A stretch of DNA of 44,626 nt, filler included, from Sphacelaria rigidula (lineage: Eukaryota): the NCBI GenBank assembly GCA_964200075.2. It is 2 parts of 2 records of this genome, joined end to end, with 100 filler letters (N's around TTAATTAATTAA, not from the genome) between each part and the next. Parts side by side here need not be neighbours in the genome. Positions count along the whole stretch, not along the records: positions 22,379 to 44,626 come from CAXNAA020000344.1; 1 more part is not named here. The stretch is one strand, 5' to 3'. Below the pieces are notes generated by a model, which ran no database searches, had not been told where the DNA came from, and saw nothing but the letters and a program-made list of their open reading frames with translations. How positions within the stretch are numbered: position 1 is the first letter of the stretch; each line of letters starts with the position of its first letter. Positions 22,881 to 35,556 of the stretch are shown here, in pieces. Position numbers and translations under genes: made by a program.

Positions 22881-25800
22881 ACGGTCATCATTCTGCGTTT
22901 TGCAGTCCGATACCGGTGAGCCAGTATAAATAGTCAAGGCATACATGGGTAAATATGCCGCATGCTTGTTCGAAGTAGTTAAATTCTATTTTTACTCCAC
23001 AACACTTTAAGATGCGTCCACAGCGTGTGTATAGCAATCATGATAACCTACGCAATTGAGACAAGTGTAGAAACGAACTAGTGCACGGACAAGCCTTCAG
23101 TAAAACCAAGGGTCACGCCAGGTTATGCAACCACGGCGCGCACGGAGGCGTGTCTGTAATTGTTGCAAACGGACACCCTCTCTCTCCTCTAGTTGGAGCA
23201 CCCGTAGGTTACGTCAACTAGCCCTCCGAACCCGTCAGTCGAATAGCTGGGCTCACCCTCGTATTACCCTTCCACCATTACGCCGCGATCCACAACAGTC
23301 GTGTGTCGGCTGTCCGAGAATCTTTGTTTTGCCATTCAGCGTGTATACTGGGTATACTGCACGGCTCTTTCGGAATGATTCGTGCGATCGGAACCACGGA
23401 GGTTTCAAGGCGTGTGTATAAGCCTGGCGTCTGTATAAGCCTGGCGCGTGCATGCAGGCAAGCAGGTATTTTTTGGTTGTGCAGGTGAGCAGGTGTACCT
23501 TCGGATATGCAGATTAGCAGGTGAGAATATATCTTCGGCTATCGCCTTTTAGTATAGCCGCGTTTGTATACACTGCCTTCCAGTATTTGGGTTTCGATAG
23601 AGCAGAGGCTGTTCGAGAATCCGTGTTTTGCTTATTTTCGGTAAAAACCAATGGTTGGCCTGTAGAGGACACAAGAAGTGTGCAACAAGGGCTTCATGTA
23701 CGACGTACTACGGGAGTGAAGTCACACAGTGGAGGATTTTGTACCGCTATTCCTTGCCGTAACAGTGCCCTAAATGCCGTTACTGGTGACCCTCCAGACG
23801 TATGTCGTCTAATTTTCCTCAGAGGTACGTTCAGCATGATGACTTGCTCCAGTAACGTATCTCGTTCCTCACGAGGGATAGTAATCGTAGAACTCATACG
23901 TGAAACTGGAGCACGGTGTGTCCTCTACAGAGTTCTTGTACTGTCCATTTTAGAGGCGAAATGCTTCGTTTCGCCTGCGAGAGCATAAAATCCGCGACAG
24001 GGATTTCAGGGAGCTGGTCGACCGCTTGTGCATGATGCCGGTGATGCCGTCACCCGCAGCAGGTGCCACAGGTATATCGATGTACCCCTTGCGTCTCATC
24101 AAGTCGAAACATGCAGCGAAAAGCGGCAAATGAGAAGTTTGGGCTCCTTCCGTGAATTTGGGTTTTGTATCTCAACTTTTACAGTAGGCAAACCAGACAA
24201 AGCAAAAACGTCAGAATTCAAACAAACGCGCACATGATTAAAACAACTTGCATATAACTTCTTCGAGCTACCGCGGTGGACTTTCCCCATGATGAGGTGA
24301 AAAACTTTTTTTTCATGGATGAGTACCTTTAGCGCCTAGTCAAAAATCAAATCAATCGTGCGCTAAATTCAGGGCGATGGCTTGCCTGAGCTCATCCATC
24401 ATCAGACCACCTAGTTGTTGCACCTGTCACGTAAAGTGAGCGTGTCAACTGGTATTATTACACCCCCCAGCCACCTTCCGCGCGATAATATCGTCCCCTC
24501 ACCGTAAACGGAGTCCGGCGGGCAGAATCTCAAGACCATAACTCATGATGCACATAAGGAGAGGAACGGGTACGTATCATATGGTCTTCAGTCATTTCAC
24601 GTCGTGCTCTCCTAATACAACAACTACGCGAGTATATCGTACACATAAATAACCACATGTATGGGGCGTCTAAATACGAAGGAAAACATGCAACACCTGT
24701 TTGATATGGTTAAATCCAAGCACCCACGCGCCCCTACAAAGCAAGAGGATAACTACATGAATATAATTAGAAGTCGAAAACAAACATATTCGGATACTGT
24801 CATGAAACACGGGAACGGGATAGCAACTTCATTTGCAAGGATATGAATATGGAATCAGATGCACACTTTTCACGGTTCTTTCATGATAGAAATTTATGAT
24901 AAAAGATATCTATGAACTATTAGGCTAAAAAATCGTCACGCACACATGACGTCAACACTTTCACTTCAGTATAGCAGAGGCGCCGCAGTGACCTTCCCCC
25001 TCCCTTCCCCCCCGCCACCATCCGGGTCCCGGACTACTTCCTCGTATTCCATGTAGGGGAGGTTTGAACTGATACTCACCGCCCTGCATCCTTGCACATG
25101 AATGCACCAGAACCAACCGTATTACAGCGTCGCGACGCTACACAACCACCAAATCGTTCACATCCCATTACCGACCTGGTCGTGGAGGCACGCCGCAACA
25201 TTAGTTGAAGCAAATCGTGCGTATCAATTCCTGCGGCTGCTGCTACTGTGCATAGAGTTATCATAATCTCTGAGCTGTACAAGCTTCCCCTACAACCACT
25301 CCGTTCGCCTCTTTGGACGCAACAACGACGACACTGGGAAAAAAATGCGGTACTAGTTAGGACAGCAACGTCTTGAACCAGCACTGTCACTGCCATCATC
25401 GCTGTGGGGGACACAAGCACAAGAGCAGTTTGCGTCCTCACTCGCCTTGTTAGCTCAGGGCAACCACCGAACCAATTGCATCTACACTTCTCATACGCAT
25501 GATATAACCACACACACAACCAACCTTCGCCAAAACGAACGTGAAAACCAAAATGAGCAATTGATAATGATGCTGACTATTTTCTTAATCCAAAACAAAA
25601 CGAAATCACAACTAAAAAACGACTACATTATTCTCCATAACCATCGCTCATCAGATAATGGACGAAATCCAACACAAACCGATGTCATATCATGGAATAT
25701 GGCACATGCAACACGTGGTACATCACGAAGAATAAAATAAGAACTAGGCCCTTGTCGACAATCCACAGGTCAGGAGCAACACAAAAAAGAAGCCTATATA

Positions 25801-26818
25801 TCCCGCAGCGACAACTGGACGCATTTTACACGAAAGTGGACATGTCAGTTGTGACCGTTCTCTTCAGTGGGAGAGCTGCGCCAATGTCTCCACACACAAG
25901 GGAAACGGTGCCCCGTATATGTATATATATAGTCAACCAAGGTGGTATTTCCATAAACACAGCAATACAAAAGCCGAGCCTCAACGCCAGCGGACACTGA
26001 GCGCAACAACACACATGAACTACCAACCCGAAGGTACATCGGCACACAGCGATACTTCGACGATGTCCTCCATGCAGCAACAGCTGTCCCACGAGCTTTA
26101 CCATCGTCTCCAGCTCCAGAATCACCAACATCATGTTCTAGTCACATCAGTGCGCGTCCCGGCAACGCCACGACATCGGAGCAAGAATAAACAAAACAAA
26201 AAAATGTCTTCTCGTACACGTGCGGACCCTCACAAATAATACGATCCACCCACACAAGGGCACGGCCGTAGGGACACAGGAAATAAAATAAAATAAAAAC
26301 CTTCGCCTTGACCAAATCCCAAACGTATCCTCAACCCGACGATATCCAGAGACGGATGGTGCTGTGGTAAGGATGGACACATCTTTTTTGAGCCCCTCTG
26401 ACAGAAGTATGGACCTCTGAAGGGCAGCCTGGGAAACCTTTTGAATAATCAAGTGCATCACGGCCATAGATACACTCAAATGCGATCATGTAACGCAGCA
26501 GAAACGGAAAATAGAAGAGGGCTCAATCTTGGCAAGCAGCCGCATGGTGTACAAGATACCGAACTGATGCCTGAGTCCTGCACACGTAGTCTAAATAATG
26601 ACCACTCGGAACTGAAGCCCACTAGTGGACCCACCACTCCACATTCCGGTTGCATTATGCTATAACGGACCGTATTCCCACACGGTATATTCCTCATGTT
26701 TGGGAGGATCGAAGCGCGGGGGGGGGGGGGGGGGGGGGGGGGAAAAAGAAAAAAAAGCCCACCCCCAAAAAAAAAAAAAAAAAAAAAAAAGAAAAAAAAA
26801 ACTCCCCTACAAACCCCC

Positions 26819-26828
26819 NNNNNNNNNN
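26819..26828. other. 10-N assembly gap flanked by poly-G/poly-A artefact-like sequence
   Basis: The N run follows a G homopolymer (26717-26742) and A runs. Confidence 0.9.
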
Positions 26829-28951
26829 TTGAGGTTGTTGATGTGTGGTTTGGTTTTTTTGTTGTTGTGGGTGGTTGTTTTTGTTGTTTTTTGGTGTTGG
26901 GGATAATTTACAGTAGCACACAGTTTCAAATCATGTATAAAAAAACAACGGAAAGTAATAGCTGCATTTAAATACCCCAATCTCCACTCGAGTGCCAGGG
27001 ACAGATAGCCCAGACACAACAACACCACAACCACCGCCGCCTCCTTCACCAGGGCATTGCTGACGTGTTCAAGTGGAAGACATGAACAGAAAATAAAAAG
27101 ATGTAGGGCTGGCGCGGGATACGATTGATGTAAACCCTGTGAACCAAAAATTGGCGGATTCACATGATGCTACTTCCTTTTTCTTCGGTCTCGCTACATC
27201 ATCGGGTCCATCTTTGGGGGAAAACGCGCACGAACGCATCGGAAGGCGATCTGTACATACACATAATCTCCACGCCATTTTCCCATGAAGGCCCGCACTC
27301 CTCCTGGATACGAATCTTTCCCGAAAAGGGGCATGATTTACCTCGAACCTTTCGGCGGGATGCGCTTAGAGGCGATACCTGTCACGTCATTACGGCATCT
27401 CCGGGACTCTCCCCCAACACAGCACACACTCCAGCCCACCCTTCACCAAGTGGGATTGGACGATATTCGAGGGCCGGCGAACCGACTTCTTCAGAGACTA
27501 ATTATTCACTATCGTTGACCTAATTTTTCATCATCACCCATGCACCATGCGCTCCTTCCGTAGAGACAAGCATGTTCTTCTTCTTATCTTACGACCGCGA
27601 ATCTTTTTTCACGAGAGATCCCCGACCTCTTTTCCTGAGCTAATCTACTGCGCACCGAACGCGCGGTACGCCAACCACCGATACACGGTCAGACTTTCGC
27701 TCGAACCCCCTTCTTCGCACCACTGTTCCGTGTATGTGTGGCTGTCCACAATCGACACGTTTTGGTTTTGCTCTAGTTATCGACGGCAACACCCCGTAGC
27801 GTGCCTCACACGTGACGACCGAATCCCGTATAGCGGCACCCACAACAACTTTTCCTTAGCTCTCATGATCCAGTTTCACGGCTCACCGCCATACAAATCA
27901 CCTAGTGGCCACAGCTCATCAAACTACCTCGCCCAATACCGACATGAGGAGTACATAGAATACAACAGGGGGGACAATGGCATCTCGTGCAATCCGCCGC
28001 ACAACTCGTGTCTCAGTCCTGCCTCAGTCACACCTGACAGAATATCGAAACACCTCATAACTCATTCGGTCCATCATTCCCACAGGGCAGATGTTCGAAC
28101 CCTAATTCGTGTCTTCTTCGAGAAGTGTCGAAGTCGACGCCTTGAAAAGATACATGTGATCTGCACAAACCAAATAAACTTGAAACGAACAGGTGAAAAG
28201 AAAGAATATCTCGAACCCAAATTCGGACGCGAGTGGAATGTATACACTCAAAAGGTACATGTCATATCTGTAAATTCTTCTCCCTATCCTCTAAACGTCT
28301 ACAACAGAAATCAAGAGTGTGCACGTCTTAGTATCGATCACAAGCGAGAAACGATACAACAGAAGTAACACCCTCCCCACCGCCTCTCCCGGCGTGCCCT
28401 CCACCCCACAAAATGACAGCGCATACTATAGTACACACTTTCTTCACGAAACAGAAACTCACAAAAATACTTCAATTGCAACCCTTATCGCCGCCCGTTC
28501 AGAGAAGAGAAAGCAAAACCGTAAATAAATTAGTCGTCAAAGATCCATCGTGCCTTAACTCGACTGCTGTGAGGACGGGATAACCATCAAGACTCACGTC
28601 AGGATTTCCGACGAACGTGCCACCGCCCGTCTACCACCGAAGCGCTGCCCGCCGTCGTTCTCCTCGCCGCGTTCTCCTGACCCTCCCCCGGCTCTCTCAC
28701 GACTTTTGAAAAGTCAAAACTGAAAAAAAGTACATGCGGAGATTCGCCTGGCGTCGTTCAGACGCAACTGCGGCTCCACTGGCTGCTTGATGTGCAAGCA
28801 GTTCCGCCATCTCTCCATCTCATCAAATCACAACTATCCTATACCTCCGCCTCTTCCCGCCCACTTCAACCCTGGCCTCACCCATGCGCTGTTACAACAC
28901 ATGTTTCCTCATCGCCAGGTAAAGCGCTGACATACACTCACGCCATGAATT

Positions 28952-30412
28952 TCACCACCCGCGCACGCTCACCCGTCCAACCCCTCTGCTGACCGCGGGA
29001 AACGAACAGCGCTCGCCGGCAGGGAATTGGCTGCCAACCTGGCGCACCCTGGAAGTCTCATACTCGTAGTCATGCTCCGCGGACCGCCCGCCATCACCAT
29101 AGATCGACACTGCGCGTGTTTGAAAAGCCGCACGGCCATCATCGCCGTCACAGAACCCACCCGTAGGATAGCCTCTCTGGTCTCCAATGTCATACGAGTC
29201 ATTATGATGGAATCCCGCGCCCGTTATGTACGAATCGTTGAGGTGCTCTGTGCTGCTGGTGGAAGCAGGGCGAGCGAGGACCGCGCCGTGACGGTGAAAC
29301 ACCCTATTTTCCGCAGCAACCACCCCCTCCGTATCCAGTGCCTCCCCGTCGCGCCACCGCCCATCAGACTCAGAGTAAAACACATGGGGGCGTTGGTGTT
29401 GTAGATGGAGTTGGTGACGGTGTTGCTGGCGACGACCGTAGTCGGGGCAATCTGCACGGCCTACTGATGATGAGGCTGCCTCATAAGAAGTCGCGCCGCG
29501 CGACCGCGCGTAATGTTGATATTCGGAGTGATTATCACCCCCGCGGCCGACGCTGCAACTGTCTACTCTCCCTTCGCCAAGGCTGGACGAGTACTGGTCC
29601 ATCCTGTCGTTGGATTCTGGCACAGACCACGTCGCAGGCTGCCGTCCGGTATGGAACGCCGGGTGACGAATCGTGGGCGGGTGCTGGGGTGGGGATGGAG
29701 ATGGCGCGCAGGTTTTCTGCGACAGGACATGGCCGGAACCAGGGTGGCCGGAGCCGGCGGATGCGCTGTGGTGACAAAGATCGAATGCCTCGCGGTGCGG
29801 CGAGCTTCCGCGGTGGTAAGGGCCGGCGTTTCCGACGGTACCCCGCGTTACTACATCGGGGGATATCGGTGAAGAGTCCACAAACACGCAGCTGCCACCG
29901 TTGCTGTTGCTGCCGCCACTGCTGTTGCCCCCCGAAGAAAACGACTCCAGGCGGTGCGTGAGGTGAGGCGCGCTCCGGCGAGGGTGCTGATTCCCGTACT
30001 GATGGTACGCGCTGACGACGGACGGGTGAACTACGGGCGGCGGGACGGCCTGCAACATCATTCCGCTCAAAGAGGTTGACCTTCCCGCAGTGCTGCCGGT
30101 ATCAGCGGCGTTGTGGTTTGTGTGGGCGACGCGTGTGTTCAGCGGAGGAGACACAGTGGCTCGTGCGCCAGCGGTGAGCGAAGGAGCGACGTGGCGAGAG
30201 GGCGCTGAGCACGTGATACCGCCAAGTCGAAGTGACCCATCTTCCGCGCGCCCTTCGACCATGACGCTGTTCGTGGCGGCGGTGCTGATCTTGATTCCAC
30301 TACTGCTGATGTTGCTGCACCCGCGGGAGCTGACGCTGTCGTCGGCGCACGTGGCGGGCATGCTTGAACTGCTCGGAACATCTTCCACGCCGTCGAACAC
30401 GCAGGACTTCCT
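28952..30412 (-). CDS. large low-complexity (S/G/H/P/R-rich) exon of the KH-like gene
   Basis: Acceptor TTACCAG|AGG at 30413/30412; open frame of ORF 28952..30913; possible donor CGG|GTGAGC at 28973/28972. Confidence 0.75.
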   Translation of the reverse strand, partial: RKSCVFDGVEDVPSSSSMPATCADDSVSSRGCSNISSSGIKISTAATNSVMVEGRAEDGSLRLGGITCSAPSRHVAPSLTAGARATVSPPLNTRVAHTNHNAADTGSTAGRSTSLSGMMLQAVPPPVVHPSVVSAYHQYGNQHPRRSAPHLTHRLESFSSGGNSSGGSNSNGGSCVFVDSSPISPDVVTRGTVGNAGPYHRGSSPHREAFDLCHHSASAGSGHPGSGHVLSQKTCAPSPSPPQHPPTIRHPAFHTGRQPATWSVPESNDRMDQYSSSLGEGRVDSCSVGRGGDNHSEYQHYARSRGATSYEAASSSVGRADCPDYGRRQQHRHQLHLQHQRPHVFYSESDGRWRDGEALDTEGVVAAENRVFHRHGAVLARPASTSSTEHLNDSYITGAGFHHNDSYDIGDQRGYPTGGFCDGDDGRAAFQTRAVSIYGDGGRSAEHDYEYETSRVRQVGSQFPAGERCSFPAVSRGVGRVSVRGW

Positions 30413-33400
30413 CTGGTAATGGATATAAAAAACAGGTCGACGGACATGCGTGGGCACACGGTTTGGCGGCAAGGGGGAAAGTTTGGACGGACTGCTTGCC
30501 ACAACTAGGGCGGAAGATGGATTTCGCTGACCGTTGAAGAGAGTTAAGAGCCCGCAACTATTAGTAAAGCATACCTTCCCATCGGCCGAAGACAAGCCCG
30601 TGTTCGGCAAAGATTCTCCCGCGAAAAACGCTTGCAACTCATCAAAAGGATCAGTCAGCTCCTTTTCGTTGGTTTGGTGCTGCTGCTCCTTCTCCACCAC
30701 TTGACCACCTCGCTCACTGCTGGCTTTATTGCTGGCGCTTCCGCTGTCGTTGCTTCCCAAGGACGGCGCCTCCGATGAATCCGGTAAAGTCCGTGAGATC
30801 GTAACGGGACCCGCGGCAATGGGAGGACTTGGGCGCGGCCCAGCGATGGAGGGGGCTGCGGCCAACACTTGAGGAGGGTGCAGCTCAGGGCGCCGAAGAG
30901 ACAGGGCGTCCACCTGTTTTCGAATTGTACAATGGGAGAGGGAAAAGAGGAGGAGGATATAAACGGAGGACGTGTACTCAGTGATCTTGCATGCCGGGGT
31001 CGGATGTACGTCGACCTCGAATCCATGCAGAGCCGGGACGGGGCACGCCGTGTTTCGCCGGACCAGGCTCGGAGGAAAGGGAGGGGGAGGCGGGGCGTAC
31101 TCATTTGTTGTTTGTCTCCGTCGTTCGACTGTTGGCTACGCAACCCTTTCGAGACGGAGCATTATTCCTTCTCCTAATAGAGACACCTCCAACATTATGG
31201 CGCTCATTAGCTTGGAGGAAGGGAGAGCTCAGACAGTTTGACAATATACTGTATTTATTCGTTCCTCCAGCGACACAGTCAAGACATGGACCACCGTGTG
31301 GAAACATGAATGCTGGTCAACATGACCGATCACACGCCCAAGTACGACTCTACTCGGCGACCAAACCTCAATCCAGTCCCCGGTGTGCGTAGATTTTTCA
31401 TGACCTGCGGGTCAATTCGACACCGCACCTTGAGCTGAAGTACTCGGTTGGCGTCCTTGGCGTCCTGCTCGGTACGCGCCCGGCCTCGCAGCACTCCCTT
31501 CTCGCGCTCCACTAGGAGGGTGATGCCCATGTTGGACGAGATACCAGCCAGGATACGGCCGCTGCGACTGAGCAGTCGAGTCACAATGGCACGGTCAACT
31601 CTCACAGATACTTCGAGAGACTTCCACTCCGCCAAAGAAGCTATGAGTGCTTTAGCCTGTATCATCAGCAGAAGAATTGAGGGCGGAAGGATAAGGATGA
31701 AAAGAAATGAAACTAAATTGAAAGCCAAACATGAGAGTAGCTCCAAGGCGAAGAGCGAAAGCGAATGTGCTGGCGATAAAGTGTGTGCCATACCTCGACT
31801 CCTATAGCGAAGCACGACCAACTAAGCGAAACAGATAAGCATATACATATTCGTCAGTGAAAAACAATTTCATCAGTGGAACGACAAATGACGACTCCCA
31901 GCGTGGTCCTCAATTTTGCACATCGTGTGGTCATCAATCCACTGAAAAAAATTATTTCTTCGATTTTCACGTTACCAGGACATGACTCACCACGCATCGA
32001 ACCGAAGCGGGCTCGCCCCGGAGCCTCACGCACGAGCACGGCCAGTCGGCCCAAAGTTCAACGCCGCCCTCTTCATCACCCGTGTCAGGAGGTGCCGTCG
32101 CACCATCGCAAGAGTTACTGCCGTCCTTGGAAGCTGCGTTGTGGGCGGCGTCCAGGATCTTCTTCTTATGCTCGGCCCTGGCCTCCGCAGCTGCGCACGC
32201 GAGACCCTTCGAGTTTGCCAGATCTTTGAGAGCTGCTCTGGGCATGGGCACCTGTTGATTGTGTTCACGTATTGAATGCAGTGTCCGAGACAGAATTGTC
32301 CGAAAACCGAGACCGCAATGTGGGTGGATCGGAGATGACTACACCTGAAATTGTCGGTGAATAGGGAGAAATTATATACCACAGACGACGTAAATCAATG
32401 TAAATATACGACGACGTAAATCAATGACTTACTCAGCCGTTCGTGTACCGGCGGTGCATTACGGGTTTTCTCCGTCGTCCAGATAAGAAGTGATCGATGC
32501 GATTTTAAAAGCGCCATTATCAGACGTTTTACCCTGGTAACGAAGAAAACATGGGGGAAGTAAATTATTGTTTAGGTCGGCGGGATACACAGACCAGTAC
32601 TTCCTTCGACAAGCATTCCTTACCGCGAGGAAGTCTCCGGGAAAGAGAGAAGCCAACTTGTTTTGGAAGTCCTTCCGACCTTCTTCGACGGCCTCAGGGC
32701 TGCCTCTCACCCAAACTGAGCCCCTCTTGTGGTCCACCTCTATCGTCACGCTGCTTGCCATTGTCTGAGCAAATAGGTGAACACATTACACGAGATGGTA
32801 TTCGAAAACCGGCAGAGGGCGACGTGTGGGCGCCCCGAGACCGATCCACGGTTGTACGCCACGAATGTAAGAAACAAGCAACAGTAAATTCAAAGTGTGT
32901 TGGGTAGACTTATTTCCTCTCGAAGTTTTTGCTGCGAAGGTCGGATCTCAAAACTCTGCCCAAATATCATGTCAAGTTGGGTACAGTTGCATTGCTTCAC
33001 CATCCAGGTGTTGAGTATGATCACAATACTCTGGTACTTCACGTTCCGGATGCTTGGATTATGATTTTTGATACTCCGCAGCCATGAATCACAAGAAATA
33101 TATGCGTTTGAGGGCACCACTCATTCGCCCGCCAGTTCGTCCTCCGTGCCATACCTCACAGTTCACCCAGAAACCCCTGTCACGACGCTTGATCCTCGCA
33201 GCCCCAACAACGACCTCGGCGCACGCGTTCCCCGACACCAGCGCCGCCACAGCTTCCTTCGCCTCAACTACCGACCCCGCCGGTCCCCATATGAGAATAT
33301 CTTGGGGCTGCACCGGCGTAGCCGATCCAACAGGCTTGTTGGCACTGCCGCCGCCGCCCTGTTTAGCTGCGGCAGCGGCGGCGGCCATGGCAGCGGCAGC

Positions 33401-35556
33401 GGCAACCTCCCCGGCTACGTCAATCACACACCCGAATGTCTCTCCAATGATCCTCAGTGACCCGGGCTCAGGGGGATACTCGCCTTCCGGGATTGCTGAT
33501 GCAACCGCTGGTCCAGCGACTCCAACCGGCGCTACGGCGGGACCGCTGGTGCTACTGCTTCCTTCGATGGGGATTGGAACGGCGGCGGCGGCAACGGTGG
33601 TAGCTGCAGCTAGCTTCGCCGTAGCTTGAGACGTCAACCCGGCTGCAGTGGGAACGACAAGGGGGCATGGTTCAGCTCCGGTAGGGGAAGAGGAAGGAGG
33701 GGTCCAGGAGTTGTTCAGCTTGCCCCTTGCACCGGTGCTAGTCTGGCGAAGACCCTTGAGGGCAATGCACTCCGCAAAAAGATCGTCCATGGAGAGTCTC
33801 GCCATAGCGTATTCCTCCGCCTAAAAAGGGGCAGAGGGAAGTGTGTGAAGTAGTGCAGGTCAGTGGCCTGGGTAGCATGTGGGCAGCTACCTAGACATGC
33901 AGGTTGCGGCTGCGTTCACAGGTGGATTGACTTTCACGTACGCATACCACCAAATCGATAATACTCCAAGTTTGGGGCTGAAGAAAAACACTCGGAATGC
34001 ACGAGGGTGTTCCGATTTAATTTCTGTTGAGAACATCGTCACCTTAGGTCCTCCACCCCCGTCACTCAGAAGAAGAGCTGTTCGGACGCAAGCGGCGGCC
34101 TTCGCTGGACCGCCTTCGTTTTGTTGTCCGTACACGAGGACGATGCCCTCGCCGCGCCGGTACTCAAGGGTCCCGCCCATCTCTTCTTTCAGCTTGTGGA
34201 GGACGCGTCCTCCCCCAAGCAACAGACCCTGTGTGTTGAGTCATGGAAGTGTGATGCAAATTGTGATCCAGGTCTTGGTTTCAATTTCAGTCCATGGTCT
34301 TATGCGGTGAAGTACGCTGTCACAACGGAAAGGCCACAGACGGCATCAAAAGCTAGGGCTGCAAATCGTGCTACTGCGCCGCCAAATATTGCGGCTCCAC
34401 ACAACACCAGGACAAGAAAGCTCACCTCGTCTTCACGACCGACAGGTACCTCAACACAACGAGACCCATCCGCGCACTCGGGACCGTGATGGCGTCCGTG
34501 TCCTTTCCTCCCCTTACCAGGCGAGGTCATGGGCCCCTGGTCGATTTCAAAAGCACGCACGTGCGAGTATACGCATAAGACGGGATCAGCACCTGTGAAA
34601 AGTGGTGTACGGCGATGGAAACGGCAGCAACGACGTTTCTGCTTCCGCGTATCCAACACTTCTATACGACCGATGTACCCCGCCACGAATCACAGCATCA
34701 TCCAGCTGTCTAGATGTTCGGGGCACAACGGGAAAATGCTGCTCCCCAACATTCGGAACGTGGGAACCGTCTTTCTGAAACGAACCTGGGCGCGTCTTGT
34801 GTCGAACTCCTTGCCAGCAATACCACCCCCCTTGCCAAGGCGTGTCACTCTAGTTGCCGATGACACAACAGGAGCATCACTATTGCCACCAGATAGTTTG
34901 GCTGCCGGCACCATGTACTTCGTCGCGGTATCGAGGGTTTTTTTGGCCAGAGGCGTTGACTCGGTCGCGCCAATCATCGAACCGCACTCGACGACAACAA
35001 GCCGACCGGATTCCGCAGTGGAAGACTGATGCCGTTTTGCAATCCTGTCGGGACCACCACAGTCGGTGCCTCCGTCGCTGATACTGCGAGAATTCTGCAA
35101 AAAGCGGGGCGAATCCATCGCGTCAACAGTGGCGGTGGATGAGCTACTTCTAGCGGCGTCGCTGTTGTTGGCGTGCGGGGTACGGACGCTGGCGCTGACA
35201 ATCGCACCGCTGCCACCGGCGGTGATGGATCCGGCATTGGCCGGGGGTGGATCAGTTTCGTCCTCGGACGAAGAGGAACTTTCCGAACAAGAAGAGCGAA
35301 CGCTACTCGAGGTGCTCCCGGTGGCAGTCGGCGAGGTGCAGTAAGCGGAGGAAGATCCATCCGAGTGGTCCGAGTGCGGGCTGCTTGCCCCGCTTGTGCA
35401 CACCATAGATGAGAGGGAAGGTGCGTGGTGGGATCCGCGCGGCCACCGCGTCTTGTGTTGCTCTCGTCTCTGCTGCTTCAAGTCGTGTCCGTCACCATCG
35501 TCTCGGGCGTTTTGCTTCATTTTTGATCCGGGAAGTGTGAGAGGAAGTGTTGCCAT
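28952..35556 (-). CDS. multi-KH-like domain protein (five degenerate KH-like repeats, disordered N- and C-terminal arms), putative RNA-binding protein
   Basis: GT-AG exons 35556-34786, 34536-34426, 34228-34043, 33820-33155, 32764-32624, 32251-31991, 31656-31429, 30913-30575, 30412-28952 (or donor at 28972) give about 1387 aa with no internal stop. Repeats such as RCVEVPVGREDEGLLLGGGRVLHKLKEEMGGTLEYRRGEGIVLVYG, VTIEVDHKRGSVWVRGSPEAVEEGRKDF and VSVRVDRAIVTRLLSRSGRILAGISSNMGITLLVEREKGVLRG..EQDAKDA fit the type-I KH pattern. The true start and 3' end are uncertain. Confidence 0.72.
33155..33820 (-). CDS. exon of the KH-like gene (second and start of third KH-like repeat)
   Basis: TTTTAG|GCG acceptor and GAG|GTATGG donor; 666 nt; contains SLRIIGETFGCVIDV and DILIWGPAGSVVEAKEAVAALV. 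Confidence 0.8.
34786..35556 (-). CDS. Ser-rich N-terminal exon of the KH-like gene
   Basis: Polypyrimidine tract plus TACAG|AGA ATG acceptor at 35560/35559 and donor CAG|GTTCGT at 34786/34785; frame of ORF 34690..35652. Confidence 0.7.

Noticed and set aside
23521..23988. 155-aa + ORF and overlapping minus ORF as missing HECT exons
   Set aside because: I saw no HECT motifs in the frames I read.
22200..26790. Poly-C (22200-22228) and poly-G/poly-A (26717-26800) runs as G-quadruplexes or basic ORFs
   Set aside because: They sit directly beside N gaps and are typical low-quality contig ends.
27547..28368. 273-aa + strand ORF
   Set aside because: No recognisable motif, random-like composition, no supporting splice structure, and it lies antisense to candidate exons.
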